Shown: positions 1 to 13,342, counted from the whole stretch's first letter. The stretch is DNA of 63,036 nt, filler included, from Octopus bimaculoides (GCF_001194135.2; 8 parts of 7 records of this genome joined end to end with filler, not necessarily neighbours in it), one strand, 5' to 3'. The notes: a model not told the origin generated them from the letters alone. A program made the numbers and translations.

Positions 1-465
1 TATATATATATATATATATATTTGTACATATACGTAAGTTACTTAATGAAGAATGAATGAGAAAGGAGAGCTCCATACATGTAACAGATGGATATAGTTT
101 TTTTTTTTTATCAAAGCTGGAGCTGGGTGTTTGTTTTCCAGCTTGACTTTCATGCCAGTGTGATCATCAAGCAAAACTAGAATGACTCAATATTGATGGT
201 GTATATATAATTATCAGTAGTCTGGTACTTGTGTTATTTCATTGGAAGCATGTTGTATCTGTGGTGTGGTGCTTGTATTTTATGCAATTGTAAGATTGGT
301 AATGTTATTAGTCTGTATATAGTAAGTTGGTTGGTTGTGGATGTATTAGTTTATTTGTATCTTTTGTTTATATATATGTTATGAGTGACATGAGTGTTAA
401 TTCAATATACCAATATGTGTATCATATTCCACAAAGTATATGCTTTAAGCATGATATACAGATCA

Positions 466-500
<35 letters not shown>

Positions 501-559
501 TGTATGTATATATGTAAGGATATCTGATTTTACAGCAGACAAAATATTGGTTTCAAATT

Positions 560-754
560 TTGGCACAAGGTCAGCAATTTAAGAGGAGGGGATTACATCA
601 ACTCCAGTGTCCAAGTAGTACTTATTTTGTCAACCCCAAAAGGCTGAAAGGCAAAGTCAACCTAGGTGGAATTCGAACTCAGAACGTAAAGACAGACAAA
701 ATGCTGCTAAGCATTTTGCCTGACATGCTAATGATTCTGCCAGCTCGCCACCTT
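560..754 (-). mobile_element. SINE family B (tRNA-like head, central GCCTTTCATCCTTTCGGGGTCGATAAA-type domain)
   Basis: Aligns by eye to copies at 1820-2000, 15313-15730, 24560-24900, 35880-36085 and 48480-48937 (shared GGAATTTGAACTCAGAAC and AAAGGCAAAGTCGACCTCGG on + strand). Confidence 0.8.
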
Positions 755-1119
755 AACAGCAGACAAAATATTGGCATAAGATATCTAATGACTAGTGATG
801 AGGTATTTACAAATATAGTACTTGAAGTACACTTTAAGTTATTATATTCTTTATTAGTGGAGGAACAAGATATGTACCAGCCTGTCTATATCAAAGTACA
901 GATGAACTTGATTTTTAGGGGAAGAATTCCACTCTATAATTCACCTCTTACAAATGATGACCCTATAATAAATGTTATATGCAGAGGAACTGCAACTGTG
1001 ACACTCGGATCAAATCAAACTTGCTCAGGTTCAAAGTGGAAACTACCAGAATTACACCAAATGTATAGAAACAGTTAGACTGGAGAGTAAGGAGTCTATA
1101 TATCCAGACTGTCAACACT

Positions 1120-1520
1120 GCGTAGGAGTGGCTGTGTGGTAAGTAGCTTGCTTACCAACCACATGGTTCTGGGTTCAGTCCCACTGCGTGGCATCTTGGG
1201 CAAGTGTCTTCTACTATAGCCTCGGGCTGACCAAAGCCTTGTGAGTGGATTTGGTAGACGGAAACTGAAAGAAGCCCATCGTATATATATGTGTATATAT
1301 TTGTGTGTGTGTGTGTGTGTTTGTGTCTGTGTTTGTCCCCCAACATCGCTTGACAACCGATGCTGGTGTGTTTACGTCCCTGTAACTTAGCGGTTCTGCA
1401 AAAGAGACCAATAGATTAAGTACTAGGCTTACAAAGAATAAGTCCTGGGGTCGATTTACTTGACTAAAGCCGGTGCTCCAGCATGGCCACAGTCAAATGA
1501 CTGAAACAAGTAAAAAAAGA
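1120..1520 (+). mobile_element. SINE family A, full-length (tRNA-derived head, internal TA/TG microsatellite, AAAGA-type tail)
   Basis: Head GGAGTGGCTGTGTGGTAAG (A-box-like) and GGTTCAGTCCC (B-box-like); near-identical copies at 33417 and 36497. Confidence 0.9.
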
Positions 1521-1819
1521 AAAAAGAAAAGGAGACTGCATTCTATATAATTCACCTTGCATGACAGAGTGTACAGTATGATCATCAACTAAGTAGAGAC
1601 AAGAGACAACAGGAAATATAGCTACATGGATCACATGCCAAGCCATTTGGCCAACAATCTGTGTGCTTTAAGATTGCTCAGAGGTGAAATGAAACAACAC
1701 AATAACAACAACCATTATCCTTAAAAATACCTTTACTCTTCCCCGCATCCACCCACTCAGTTCAAACAAGCAAATGCATATACAGTAATGGCAGCCACAT
1801 CAATAACTTCATTAAGTTA

Positions 1820-2000
1820 TTGGGGGAGAGGATAATTGATTACATTGACACCAGTGCATAACTAGTACTTAATTTATCAGCCCTGAAAGGAATAAAAGCA
1901 AAGTTGACCTCAGTGGAATTTGAACTCAGAACATAGTGGCAGACAAAATGCTGCTAAGTATTATGCCTGGTGTGCTAATGATTCTGCCAGCTCACCACAT
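1820..2000 (-). mobile_element. SINE family B, diverged
   Basis: AAAGCAAAGTTGACCTCAGTGGAATTTGAACTCAGAAC...ATTCTGCCAGCTC matches family B. Confidence 0.75.
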
Positions 2001-2148
2001 TAATTTAAACACTAAATAATAATAGCTTTTGGAATGTGACAAAAACTTTGTAAACAAACTTTGAAAGCATCGAATGTGTTTCATATTTTACAGACAAGAA
2101 AGTAAATTTTGAATGCAGTATAGCCATCAAAATAGCAGAAAGATGGGT

Positions 2149-2299
2149 TTCTTTCAGTTTCTGTCGACCAAACCCACTCCCAAGGCTTTGGTCAACCCAA
2201 GGCCATAGTAGAAGCCACATGCCTATGGTGTCATGCAGTAGAACTGAGCCTGTAACCATGTGGTTGGGAAGCAAACTTCCTACTACACAGCCATGCCTG
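2149..2299 (-). mobile_element. SINE family A, 5' half
   Basis: Reverse complement of the family A head and body. Confidence 0.75.
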
Positions 2300-2574
2300 T
2301 AGCTTTTTTTCTCCTTGTCAAGAAAAAAAAAAAAGAAACAATGTTGCATTTCACAACAATGAAACAGCTTTGACACTAATTAATCATTAGGACCCTCATG
2401 AAAAAAATTTACAGAACAATGTGAACAACAACAACAATATTAACAGGATAAATAGTAACCAATTCGCTTACTACAAAAACTAAAGTATGAAAGAATTCCT
2501 TCTTGAAAAATGAGTCGGTCATATTTTATGACTATGACAGAAAAATATGCATGTTCACTATACACACACACACA

Positions 2575-2775
2575 CCACCACCACCACCACCACCACCACC
2601 ACCATTTAATGTTCATGATCCACGCTAACCTGGGTTGGATGTTTTGACAGTATCTGATGGGTTTAAGGACTTCATCATGTCGACTTTGGCATGGTTTCAA
2701 TAGCTGGATGCCTTTGCCAATACCAACCACTTTACAAAGTGTACTGTGCGTTTTTTTTTTCTTCCATGGTACCAG
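2575..2775 (-). mobile_element. RTE-like LINE/SINE 3'-end repeat (family D), diverged
   Basis: Reverse complement resembles GTGGTTGG-GTTAGGAAGGGCA-CCAGCTGTAGAAAC at 35630 and 36186; the family name is inference. Confidence 0.55.
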
Positions 2776-3069
2776 CACTAATGAGGAAGAGAAGGTGGAA
2801 GTAACCAGATTGAGACTGGAAAGAGAGATAAAATGGTGATGAAGTGTCAGGAGCTTCAAGGTACAAGATGGGTAGAAATGAAGAGTGGGGACAGAAGAGC
2901 AGGGAGTGTGGGTGGGTAGAATGTATAGGAGAGTGAAAGATGATTAGAGATGGGAAAATGGGTATGGTGGGGGTGAATATAACGAAGAGCATGTATTGGA
3001 GGTTGATAAGCAGGGCATGTAGGGAAGAGTAGGTGACAACAGCAGAGCCAAACTAAACATGAAAGTATG

Positions 3070-3325
3070 CAAGAAACATGTTGCCAAAGTTAAAAAAATC
3101 TGTGTCATGAGATAGATATTTCAAAACCAGTCATCCATTTCATTTTGAAGTGCTGTCATTGGAAAATTTATATTCAAGAATAGTCCATGCTCTCAATGAA
3201 GATGATCTAGACTGAAGAATGGACTTTGTGAGTGATACTCAACAAGTTGTACAGAAGATGCACACTTTCCAACAGAGATTGTTTGGAGTGATGAGCTTTG
3301 TTAAATTAAATGGCCAAATTAACCT
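3070..3325 (+). pseudogene. Tc1/mariner-superfamily transposase relic
   Basis: With frameshifts reads CHWKIYI-RIVHALNEDDLD*RM...EDAHFPTEIVWSDE-FVKLNGQIN; IVWSDE (3278-3295) is the first catalytic Asp motif. Confidence 0.7.
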
Positions 3326-3634
3326 TGTAGTGGGACTGAACCTGAAACACTATCATTGTGAAGTGAATGTCTTAACCACACAACCATGTCTTCAACTTGA
3401 AAGCTTATAGCAGTGTATGTGCCCCTTAATGGTATCCAAAGATCAGGTGATGGTGTCCAGCTAGGTGATAGGTTAAATTTAGGTTCATCTCTCTGCTATG
3501 ATCTGCTATGATCAATACTGCCTTTTACATGAATACCAGTAATATACCAACAAGAGCAGGCATAGGCAACTTTTGAGAAGTATGAGACATAGCTCATCAT
3601 CAAGCAGGTTACACTGCTGAAAACATTGAAGGAG

Positions 3635-4005
3635 CAGGTGGGTGTGTGGAAAAAAGCTTGCTTCCCAACCATATGGTTCAGTGTTATGTCCCACTGCATG
3701 GCACCGTGGGTAAGCGTCTTCTACTATAGCCTTGGGCTGACAAAAGACTTGGGAGTGGATTTGGTAGACAGAAACTGAAAGAAGATTGTCATATGTGTGT
3801 GTGTGTGTGTATTTGTCCCCTACCATCACTTGACAACCAGTGTTAGTCTGTTTACATTCCTGTAACTTAGCAGCTTGACAAAAGAACCAATAGAATAAGT
3901 ACCAGGCTTTAAAAATAAATACATTGGTGTTGATTCTTTTAACTAGAAATTCTTCAAAGTGATGCCCTAGCATGGCCACAATCTAATGACTGGAACAAAT
4001 AAAAG
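3635..4005 (+). mobile_element. SINE family A, diverged full-length
   Basis: Colinear with the 1120-1520 copy. Confidence 0.85.
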
Positions 4006-5768
4006 ATGAAAGCTATAACTTTCACTGTACATCCATTAAAGATATTCTTATACCTATAGCTGTCCGGGAAATGCTTCTTTAACATGTCTAGGAATTTTCA
4101 AAAATAGAGAGCAACCATGTTTTATTTTGAAGCTGAATGATTGCAGAATAGTACATACTGTGCTATACAAGCTTGTCTATTAAATTCTCAGAGTATGAAA
4201 CTAAGAGTAACTCACATTTAAATCTTGTTTCTTAAATGATATTTATCTCTTGCCGGATGGAGTACTTTTTTGTTGATCTTACCAACAACAGAACACTACA
4301 TCACATACATACAGACATTATATATATATATATATATATATATNNNNNNNNNNNNNNNNNNNNNNNNNNNNNNNNNNNNNNNNNNNNNNNNNNNNNNNNN
4401 NNNNNNNNNNNNNNNNNNNNNNNNNNNNNNNNNNNNNNNNNNNNNNNNNNNNNNNNNNNNNNNNNNNNNNNNNNNNNNNNNNNNNNNNNNNNNNNNNNNN
4501 NNNNNNNNNNNNNNNNNNNNNNNNNNNNNNNNNNNNNNNNNNNNNNNNNNNNNNNNNNNNNNNNNNNNNNNNNNNNNNNNNNNNNNNNNNNNNNNNNNNN
4601 NNNNNNNNNNNNNNNNNNNNNNNNNNNNNNNNNNNNNNNNNNNNNNNNNNNNNNNNNNNNNNNNNNNNNNNNNNNNNNNNNNNNNNNNNNNNNNNNNNNN
4701 NNNNNNNNNNNNNNNNNNNNNNNNNNNNNNNNNNNNNNNNNNNNNNNNNNNNNNNNNNNNNNNNNNNNNNNNNNNNNNNNNNNNNNNNNNNNNNNNNNNN
4801 NNNNNNNNNNNNNNNNNNNNNNNNNNNNNNNNNNNNNNNNNNNNNNNNNNNNNNNNNNNNNNNNNNNNNNNNNNNNNNNNNNNNNNNNNNNNNNNNNNNN
4901 NNNNNNNNNNNNNNNNNNNNNNNNNNNNNNNNNNNNNNNNNNNNNNNNNNNNNNNNNNNNNNNNNNNNNNNNNNNNNNNNNNNNNNNNNNNNNNNNNNNN
5001 NNNNNNNNNNNNNNNNNNNNNNNNNNNNNNNNNNNNNNNNNNNNNNNNNNNNNNNNNNNNNNNCTACACAAGTATACCCTCACCCAACTTTGCTCATAAC
5101 TTTCAGAAAAATAAATATTTTTCAATGAAATTTTATACAAATTCACCTCAGAAGATGTAAATTACGATTATATTAGCAGTTATGGCGAAAAAAAAAAATT
5201 TTTCCAGGGGTGGGGGAAGAGTTTCAGAAGATTCATATGAGGCGGCATTGTTTCCTCATAACTTTCAGAAAAATGTGTATTTTTTAATGAAATTTTCTAC
5301 AAATATCTTTCAGGGTATCTAGATTAAGATTATATCAGAGGTTAAGGTAAAAAAAAAAAAAAAAAAGCTAAGTACGCATACATACATAGACACACATCGC
5401 ATTTTCCCCCCGAAATTTCAAGTTTCATTTTGTAGATATATGTGGCATTATATTAATTTTTCATATTAAATCCCCAATATAATTTTAATGTACACCATCT
5501 GAAGCATATTCGTAAAACATTTCGTTAGAAATATACATTTTCCTGAAAGCTATGAGGAAGCAAAGTCGATGAGGCACTTGTGTATGTATGCTGAAATAAA
5601 AAGGTGAAATAGTGTTCACGTATATCAAACATTTTTAGCAAATGCTCAACTAGCGTGTTAACACGCAGTCTACCATCGTAAAAAAAAAAAACTGAACACG
5701 TTAACCCAACCACTGTATGATATTTACAGCATATCAAAGTGTGTGTGATATTTTCGAATAGATTTTAA

Positions 5769-6378
5769 AACGGGGGCGCCAGTTTTCATTTATGTTTTAT
5801 GTAGTGTTTTTGGTACGGAAAGACTTTCAAACTTCGTATACTTATCTATTTTGTGTTATAGAACAGAAAAATATTTTTGTATTCGAATTTATTTCATGTA
5901 AAAAATTGTCTTATTTCGATAATTTCTACTAATCACTGACGTCTATTCAGTTGAAAACAGTTAGCGCTGTAACGGTGTATATCGTATTAATCCCCTAACC
6001 CTAACTAGACTGTTAACCGTAACCCTAACCCTAACTCTAGAATCCGAACTCTAAAATTGTTACACACATAGATACGCACAGCGTAATTTATTATATAAAC
6101 AATATATGCGTATAAATTACGATTAAACCGGATGAAATATGTCACAGGGAATAACATTTTTATGACCGCCCACCAGTAACTCTATTCATCTGAATAGACG
6201 TCAGTGATTGGTTGAAATTACAGAAATACGACAACTTTAACATGGAATAACTTGCGAATTCCTTTTTTTTGTTAAGAAGACTAAGAGTAAAAGATGTTTT
6301 ATATGACACATTCTACCAGTGTCCCAAGTTTCAAAGTGTTTCGTTAGTATTTCGTTAAGAAAATACTGGCGCCCCGTT
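5769..6378. mobile_element. Non-autonomous DNA transposon (Kolobok-like MITE)
   Basis: TIR AACGGGG(G)CGCCAGT at both ends, TTAA on both sides (5765-5768, 6379-6382), perfect internal 20-bp IR (5931-5950 / 6190-6209), CCCTAA repeats inside. TTAA TSD plus RR termini fits Kolobok. Confidence 0.7.
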
Positions 6379-7284
6379 TTAAAATAGATCCAAATTGGCG
6401 AAGGTAAAGAATACGCACACCCGGTGGATAGGGATCCGGGTCAGGGGTTAGGGTTCAGGGTTAAGATCAGGTTACGCCGAAAACGGGTGATGTACGTATT
6501 CTTTATCTCCGCCGAAAAATTTATGTAATATAAAATTACAGAATATATTTGTCATATTTATAGCAATAATGAAAACATATATTACTGATGGGAAATTCCT
6601 GTGGAAAGTAAAAAACAAAAAAACAAAAACAAAAAAACCCATTTGGTAAAGTAAAACGAGTAAGGCTCTATTCCTCAATCACCTGAAAGTTCTTTTTCTT
6701 ACCTTTATAATTCCTGATGTATGCTTCAGCAACGAATTCTGCAAAGCGGAAATATTTTCATTTTTCCTTCAATAAACCATTTCGGTGATATTCAAATATT
6801 AAACGTGGGATTTTGTATGATTTTCAACAGTTTTCATATGTAAATAAAATGCGCTTTTAAGAAAACTTCATGTTTCGAAATAAACAAGAGAAATGAAAAG
6901 GGCTTTATGCAAAAAGTAAATTACTTACCACCTATGCTAAAGGATTTTTTTTCCCCACTAAAAATTTACAAAATATCTAGAATCTTATTCATCTCCATTT
7001 TCCAGAACTCTACTTAATCAGTAATATGAGTATTCGTAGACTTACTTTTAGCTCTGCTGAAAGGTTTGTATGAGAAAGTTTTGGAAACTATGTATCAGAG
7101 TGATATAGGCTGAGGAATACATGTAGCAAACACCCCACTTCACACATAATTTGATACCACTCCCAAATTTCTTAACCGTCTCCGAACACAAACATACAGC
7201 AAGTGAAAGTAATTGGTACGATAACAGAAATGGGCTCAGAAAACGGTGACATGATTTTTGTATTAATTTATGAGAGGAGCGGAA

Positions 7285-7430
7285 ACATTACTCATTTTTG
7301 CCAGCTGAGTGGACTGGAGCAATGTGAAATGAAGTGTTTTGCTCAAGAACACAACGCGTCGCTCGGTCCAAGAATCGAAGCCACAACCTTACACTCATGA
7401 GTCCAACACCCTAACCACTAAGTCACGCGG
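7285..7430 (-). mobile_element. SINE family C fragment (tRNA head plus CORE-like TGTGTCCTTGAGCAAGACAC domain)
   Basis: TTTTTGCCAGCTGAGTGGACTGGAGCAATGTGAAATGAAGTGTTTTGCTCAAGAACACAACGC, also seen at about 21900, 47990, 49270 and 57490. Confidence 0.7.
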
Positions 7431-8061
7431 ATCCACATTAGAATTTAATGGGGGTTTTTTCGTGTGTTTTTTCTAAACTATAAAAAGTACCAACTCGTAT
7501 GCTACAACTGAACCCACATGATCAACGCAAACCATTACCCATCGATTCTCTGTGCACAACTTTCAAGTTGTATGTCATTGCATCGATCACATGTAGCCAT
7601 GTTGGTTGTCATGCGCCGAGATGCGAGTCACAGAATTGCCTTTTTCGGTGATGTTCTTTGCTGGATATATATTAAATCGGAGTAATACACTCCTCAGCTG
7701 CTTAAGATACCGTTTGAAAATACGGTGTCCAGATTTTTCAAAAAATCATGGAGAAAGTTACAATTTTAGCAAGGCAAAAAAAAAAAAGGTGTAATTTTGT
7801 TTAAACACTGTAAACAAAGTATCAAAACAAAAATATTTTCAATCAATTACTAACTGACAGTACATAACTTGTATAGAATTTATATACGACGCCATTACTC
7901 ATATGTGAAAAGGAAAACCTTTTATTCATTTTTTTAAGACAAGGAAACAAAATAAATTTAAGTCAGTGATCTATTGGACAGTACATGACATATACAGATC
8001 GTGGCGTTACGTTCATATTCAGTATTTTTAATGTTTATGACTAAGACAAACATTCCAGCCG

Positions 8062-8380
8062 ACGCAGGCGTGGCTGTGTGGTAAGAAGTTTGCATTGTAA
8101 ATAATTTTTATTGTGTATTTAAATTTGGAAATATTTAATCGATACAGCTTCTTCACCCCTTTTATGTTTGTCTATCCTTGTTCGTCCCCTCTTTGTAATG
8201 CCTTTATGGCAAATATTTATGAAATAAAGAAGTTTGCTTCCCAACCACATGGTTCCAGGTTAGTCTTTGAGCAAGTGTCTTCTGCTATAGCTTCGGACCG
8301 ACACGACCAAAACTTTGTGAGGGGATTTGGTAGACCGAAACTGAAAAAACCCGTTCTGTGTGTTTGTTTGTGTGTGTGTG
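8062..8380 (+). mobile_element. SINE A interrupted by a 5'-truncated SINE B-like 3' end
   Basis: 11-bp duplication AAGAAGTTTGC at 8083-8093 and 8227-8237 flanks an insert ending in a B-like tail. Confidence 0.7.
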
Positions 8381-9369
8381 TGTTAAATAAAATGCGTATG
8401 TGTATGGATACACATATATACGTGTGTGCGTATGTGGTCCTATATAATACTGCATATACACATTTATATGTGTGCGCGTGCGCGTATATATATATTTTTT
8501 TCTTTCTCTGATTGATTTATCAGTCTCCACTGTCACTTTAGCTAGTATAATCTCTGACCTCATATAAATGCCTACGTCTATTTTTAGAAACTTGACCATT
8601 ATATTTTCTTACTCTTCCCTTCCTTTTTGAAGTTTACTACTCACTTTTGTACCCCACCCCGTACCACATTCTTTATTTATCCCTCCACCTTCACCTTAGT
8701 GCCTTTCAAACATATCACCCCACCTCCCATGTCTCACACATATTCCTTTCTTATCTCTTCCTTCTATCCCTCCTTCCATTCCATTTTTCTATTGATAGCT
8801 TTCCTCTCCCCACCCCTCACAATATCTTGACCACACCATCTAGCACTCCTTTTGTCATTTTCTCTTCCTTTCTACCTTCTTTCCTCCCCCAATCCTTTTG
8901 ACCAATACCATTTTTCTTCCTCCTAACATAATTATCTATTCTCTTCTCTCTACTTCCCCCTAGCAGTATAGTCTCAAAATTTCATTTACACTAGGAATTA
9001 ATACCTGCACACTATCCCATTTGTAATAACAAAATATGAACTCCTCTCGGAATTTACATACTATAAACAAGAAGCCTTTTTACCCATTTTATACAGCACA
9101 TTCCATGGATAACGGAATAACAACTTTAACATCCAACATATTTTAATTTTAATTTTCCTTCTCATATTTTCCTTCATATTTCCTTTATCTCTTCCTTTCC
9201 AAAATGACTTCTTATATTGAACTCTACTATTTCTTTCTAGCTAACTTTCTCATATCGTCTGTGATGATGGGATATCTTTTATATCCTTGAAACAGCTGTA
9301 AGACTACCTTTCTCCTTATAAATGTCCTAGAAATTTCACATTGCCTTGGTTTTGTTGTCTTATTTTATT

Positions 9370-9402
<33 letters not shown>

Positions 9403-9891
9403 CATGCATTAAAGTAATAAACTTAATGTCTGGTCATTGTAATAAAGTTAATGTCTGATCATAGAGTGACCAATGGTTTTGCATCCACCAAAGCCGTAGC
9501 TTCGTGGACGACTCTTCAAACCTTTGTCCGAAGACAAATTTAACTCTTCACCTCTCGGTTGTGTGTGTTTGTGTCTGAGGGAGTTTTTTTTATGTTCTTT
9601 TAANNNNNNNNNNNNNNNNNNNNNNNNNNNNNNNNNNNNNNNNNNNNNNNNNNNNNNNNNNNNNNNNNNNNNNNNNNNNNNNNNNNNNNNNNNNNNNNNN
9701 NNNNNNNNNNNNNNNNNNNNNNNNNNNNNNNNNNNNNNNNNNNNNNNNNNNNNNNNNNNNNNNNNNNNNNNNNNNNNNNNNNNNNNNNNNNNNNNNNNNN
9801 NNNNNNNNNNNNNNNNNNNNNNNNNNNNNNNNNNNNNNNNNNNNNNNNNNNNNNNNNNNNNNNNNNNNNNNNNNNNNNNNNNNNNNNNNNN

Positions 9892-10105
9892 GTGTGTGTG
9901 TGTGTGTTTGTCCCCCAACATCGCTTGACAACCAATGCTAGAGTGTTTACGTCCCCGTAACTTAGCAGTTCGGCAAAAGAGACCGATAAAATAAGTACTA
10001 AAGTACTAGGCTTCCAAAGAATAAGTCCCGGGGTCGATTTGCTCGACCATAGGCGGTGCTCCAGCATGGCCACAGTCAAATGACTGAAACAAGTAAAAGA
10101 GTAAA
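9892..10105 (+). mobile_element. SINE A 3' half (5' part in gap)
   Basis: TTTGTCCCCCAACATCGCTTGACAACC...GGTGCTCCAGCATGGCCACAGTCAAATGACTGAAAC. Confidence 0.85.
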
Positions 10106-10871
10106 TTCATTTTTCTTTTACAGCCGTAAGCTGCATGTTAACTATAATATTTATATCTTGAACACATTGGAAATAACTTTAGGAACTACAGGGTAGTGTG
10201 CTATGAGTGAGCACAAAGATGACCGAAGATGCATTACGGTCCAATATAATTCCCTTACATAAGTCCTCGCTTTCTTCAATAATTTCTGTAAAAAATAAAA
10301 ATAAAAATTACAGAAGCACAGGCATGTCTGTGTGGTTAAGAAGTTCGCTTTGTAACCACGTGATTTCAGGTTCAATCTCACAATGCAGCATCTTAGACAA
10401 GTGTCACTGGGCTAACCAATGCACAATCGTTAATGCAAGTGTGGTACCGACTTTCCGGATATAGATCGTCTGGAACGTCTCATAATTCGCAATAATTTAC
10501 ATATCGGAACTGCGAATTCCTGTGGCTGTCGGACTAGTTTACTGATAGCTTTAATAAACTAGCACCTTGTGCAGTACAGCATTAATAAACTTGTATAATT
10601 TACATTAATGCACAGGTACCCGTATTTCATTTAATTATTCAAGTAAATTTAATATTTGTTTAATTCAGTGTGTGTTCACCCCTGGTTTCGAAAAAAGCAA
10701 TAATCCGGAGGGTTTAGAGTCTACATGTTCCGGAAAATCGATGTTGTTCCAATATCAAGGACTCCCAATATTCGACTTGAATTGATTTATATCAGCCGGA
10801 GAAGAATGGATGCAACTCTATTGTACGATCAACCGCAGTATCCATAGACTACGCTGCGAAATGATCTGACC

Positions 10872-11103
10872 TGGGTTAGGATAAGGGTTACGGTTTAGGA
10901 TCAGAATTAGGGTTATGGGTTAGAATTAGGGTTTCGTGTTAGATTTTAGGTTTAGGATTTAGGGCTAGGGTTAGGGTTTAGAGCTAGGATTAGGGTTTAG
11001 ATTTTAAGGTTTAGGGTTAGGGTTTAGACTCAGGATTTAGGGTTAAGGTTAGGGTGTAGGGTAAGAGTTAGGGTTAGGGTTTAGGAGTTGGGGGTTAGGG
11101 TTA
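10872..11103 (+). repeat. Degenerate interstitial (TTAGGG)n-like array
   Basis: About 230 bp of TTAGGG/TTTAGGG variants. Confidence 0.85.
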
Positions 11104-11444
11104 TATTGCACACTAAAGTATAAATAACTAGGTAGAACTCACTCTCAAATAACCCCAGAAGAATAAGAAGTAGAGTCGATTACATCGGGATATGAAATCA
11201 AAATGTATATCAAGTTTAATACTTAAATACTGCAAGTTATTTTTTGCCAAATACTCTAATGATTCTGCATGTCAACTCCCTTAATAAATAAATAAATAAT
11301 AATAAATAAATAAATAAACGTACACATAAGTCAATTAATAAACAGATCAGATTTAAAAAGAAGCATTTTTAATGAGACTTGCAACTTTAAAGAAATTAAA
11401 TAAATATCAGATGAAAATGATATGAAAGATAGCACACACATACT

Positions 11445-11514
<70 letters not shown>

Positions 11515-11865
11515 CATACATACATACATTATTGTGTATATGTCTGTGTGTGTATGTATGCATTTACATCTGTTTATTTATCTATGTATATGAAACATCA
11601 GTTGGAAGGAAATTTTATCAGATTCAAAAATCTAGATTAAGAATTTTGTTTATATAAAATGGAATTTTTAGATGACATTATACGCATATAAATGCAAAAT
11701 TTAAAGGCAAGTTTGAAGCCATATTTTACAGTAGGATGGGTTTCCCAGAAGAAACCGCCCCACCACCAAAACGAAAAACAAACAAACAAAATAAACCAAC
11801 TAACAATAAACCTGAAAAATGGTTGAGATTGAATGAACTCTATATATAGGGAGAATTCATAGATA

Positions 11866-12220
11866 CACTGCGTGACACTTTGGGCAAGTGTCTTCTACTA
11901 TAGCCTCGGGCCGACCAAAGCCTTGTGAGTGGATTTGGTAGACGGAAACTGAAAGAAGTCCGTCGTATATATGTATATATTTATATATGTATGTGTGTAT
12001 ATGTTTGTGTGTCTGTGTTTGTCCCCCCCTCCACAACATCACTTGACAACCGATGCTGGTGTGTTTACGTCCCCGTAACTTAGCGGTTCGGCAAAAGAGA
12101 CCGATAGAATAAGTACTAGGCTTCCAAAGAATAAGTCCTGGGGTCGATTTGCTCGACTAAAGGCGGTGCTCCAGCATGGCCACAATCAAATGACTGAAAC
12201 AAGTAAAAGAATAAAGAGAT
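11866..12220 (+). mobile_element. SINE A, 5'-truncated
   Basis: Colinear with family A from CACTGCGTG onward. Confidence 0.9.
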
Positions 12221-12765
12221 ANNNNNNNNNNNNNNNNNNNNNNNNNNNNNNNNNNNNNNNNNNNNNNNNNNNNNNNNNNNNNNNNNNNNNNNNNNNNNNN
12301 NNNNNNNNNNNNNNNNNNNNNNNNNNNNNNNNNNNNNNNNNNNNNNNNNNNNNNNNNNNNNNNNNNNNNNNNNNNNNNNNNNNNNNNNNNNNNNNNNNNN
12401 NNNNNNNNNNNNNNNNNNNNNNNNNNNNNNNNNNNNNNNNNNNNNNNNNNNNNNNNNNNNNNNNNNNNNNNNNNNNNNNNNNNNNNNNNNNNNNNNNNNN
12501 NNNNNNNNNNNNNNNNNNNNNNNNNNNNNNNNNNNNNNNNNNNNNNNNNNNNNNNNNNNNNNNNNNNNNNNNNNNNNNNNNNNNNNNNNNNNNNNNNNNN
12601 NNNNNNNNNNNNNNNNNNNNNNNNNNNNNNNNNNNNNNNNNNNNNNNNNNNNNNNNNNNNNNNNNNNNNNNNNNNNNNNNNNNNNNNNNNNNNNNNNNNN
12701 NNNNNNNNNNNNNNNNNNNNNNNNNNNNNNNNNNNNNNNNNNNNNNNNNNNNNNNNNNNNNNNNN

Positions 12766-12855
12766 NTTTGCCGAACCGCTAAGTTACGGGGACATAAACA
12801 CACCAGCATCGGTTGTCAAGCGATGTTGGGGGGACAAACACACACATACAAACAT

Positions 12856-12886
<31 letters not shown>

Positions 12887-13058
12887 CATATATACGACGG
12901 GCTTCTTCCAGTTTCCGTCTACCAAATCCACTCACAAGGCTTTGGTCGGCCCGAGGCTATAGTAGAAGACACTTGCCCAAGATGCCGCGCAGTGGGACTG
13001 AACCCGGGACCATGTGGTTGGTAAGCTAGCTACTTACCACACAGCCACTCCTACGCCT
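12766..13058 (-). mobile_element. SINE A (3' end lost in gap)
   Basis: Reverse complement of the family A head and body. Confidence 0.9.
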
Positions 13059-13125
13059 ATATATATATATATATGCTTTTATGTTCAGTTACAATTTTAC
13101 ATTAATCTTATGAGTTACTCTACAC

Positions 13126-13291
13126 CGGTGATTCCCAACTTTTTCACTGCGAAGGACCCTTTTTTATTTAAATGAGTTTACCCACGGACCCCAGGATATT
13201 GAAAGGTCTGTCAGTTTAACATGTTCACGGACGCTCAATACTACCTTTGCTGACCACCAGAGGTCCGCGGACCACGGGTCGAGCACTACTG
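13126..13291. mobile_element. hAT-type MITE, 166 bp
   Basis: 8-bp TSD CTCTACAC (13118-13125, 13292-13299); imperfect C(G/A)GT- termini; subterminal GGTCCGCGGACCAC shared with the 14286 element. Confidence 0.8.
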
Positions 13292-13342
13292 CTCTACACT
13301 TTTCTAGAGTACAAATATTGTTCTTAAACAAGGATGAGGTTC

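Noticed and set aside
858-972. Possible terminal exon (TTTATTAG|, GGTRYVPACLYQSTDELDF*, AATAAA at 967) and the 172-aa ORF 560-1078
   Set aside because: The ORF's first third is SINE B; the short peptide matches no family I recognise and there is no partner exon.
4040-4090. Minus-strand 34-nt segment with AG/GT ends (MLKKHFPDSY)
   Set aside because: Too short to distinguish from chance without transcript data.
8560-9330. Possible very old LINE RT remnant on the minus strand (IYKEKG, YPWNVLYKMG)
   Set aside because: Only two short motif echoes among many stops.
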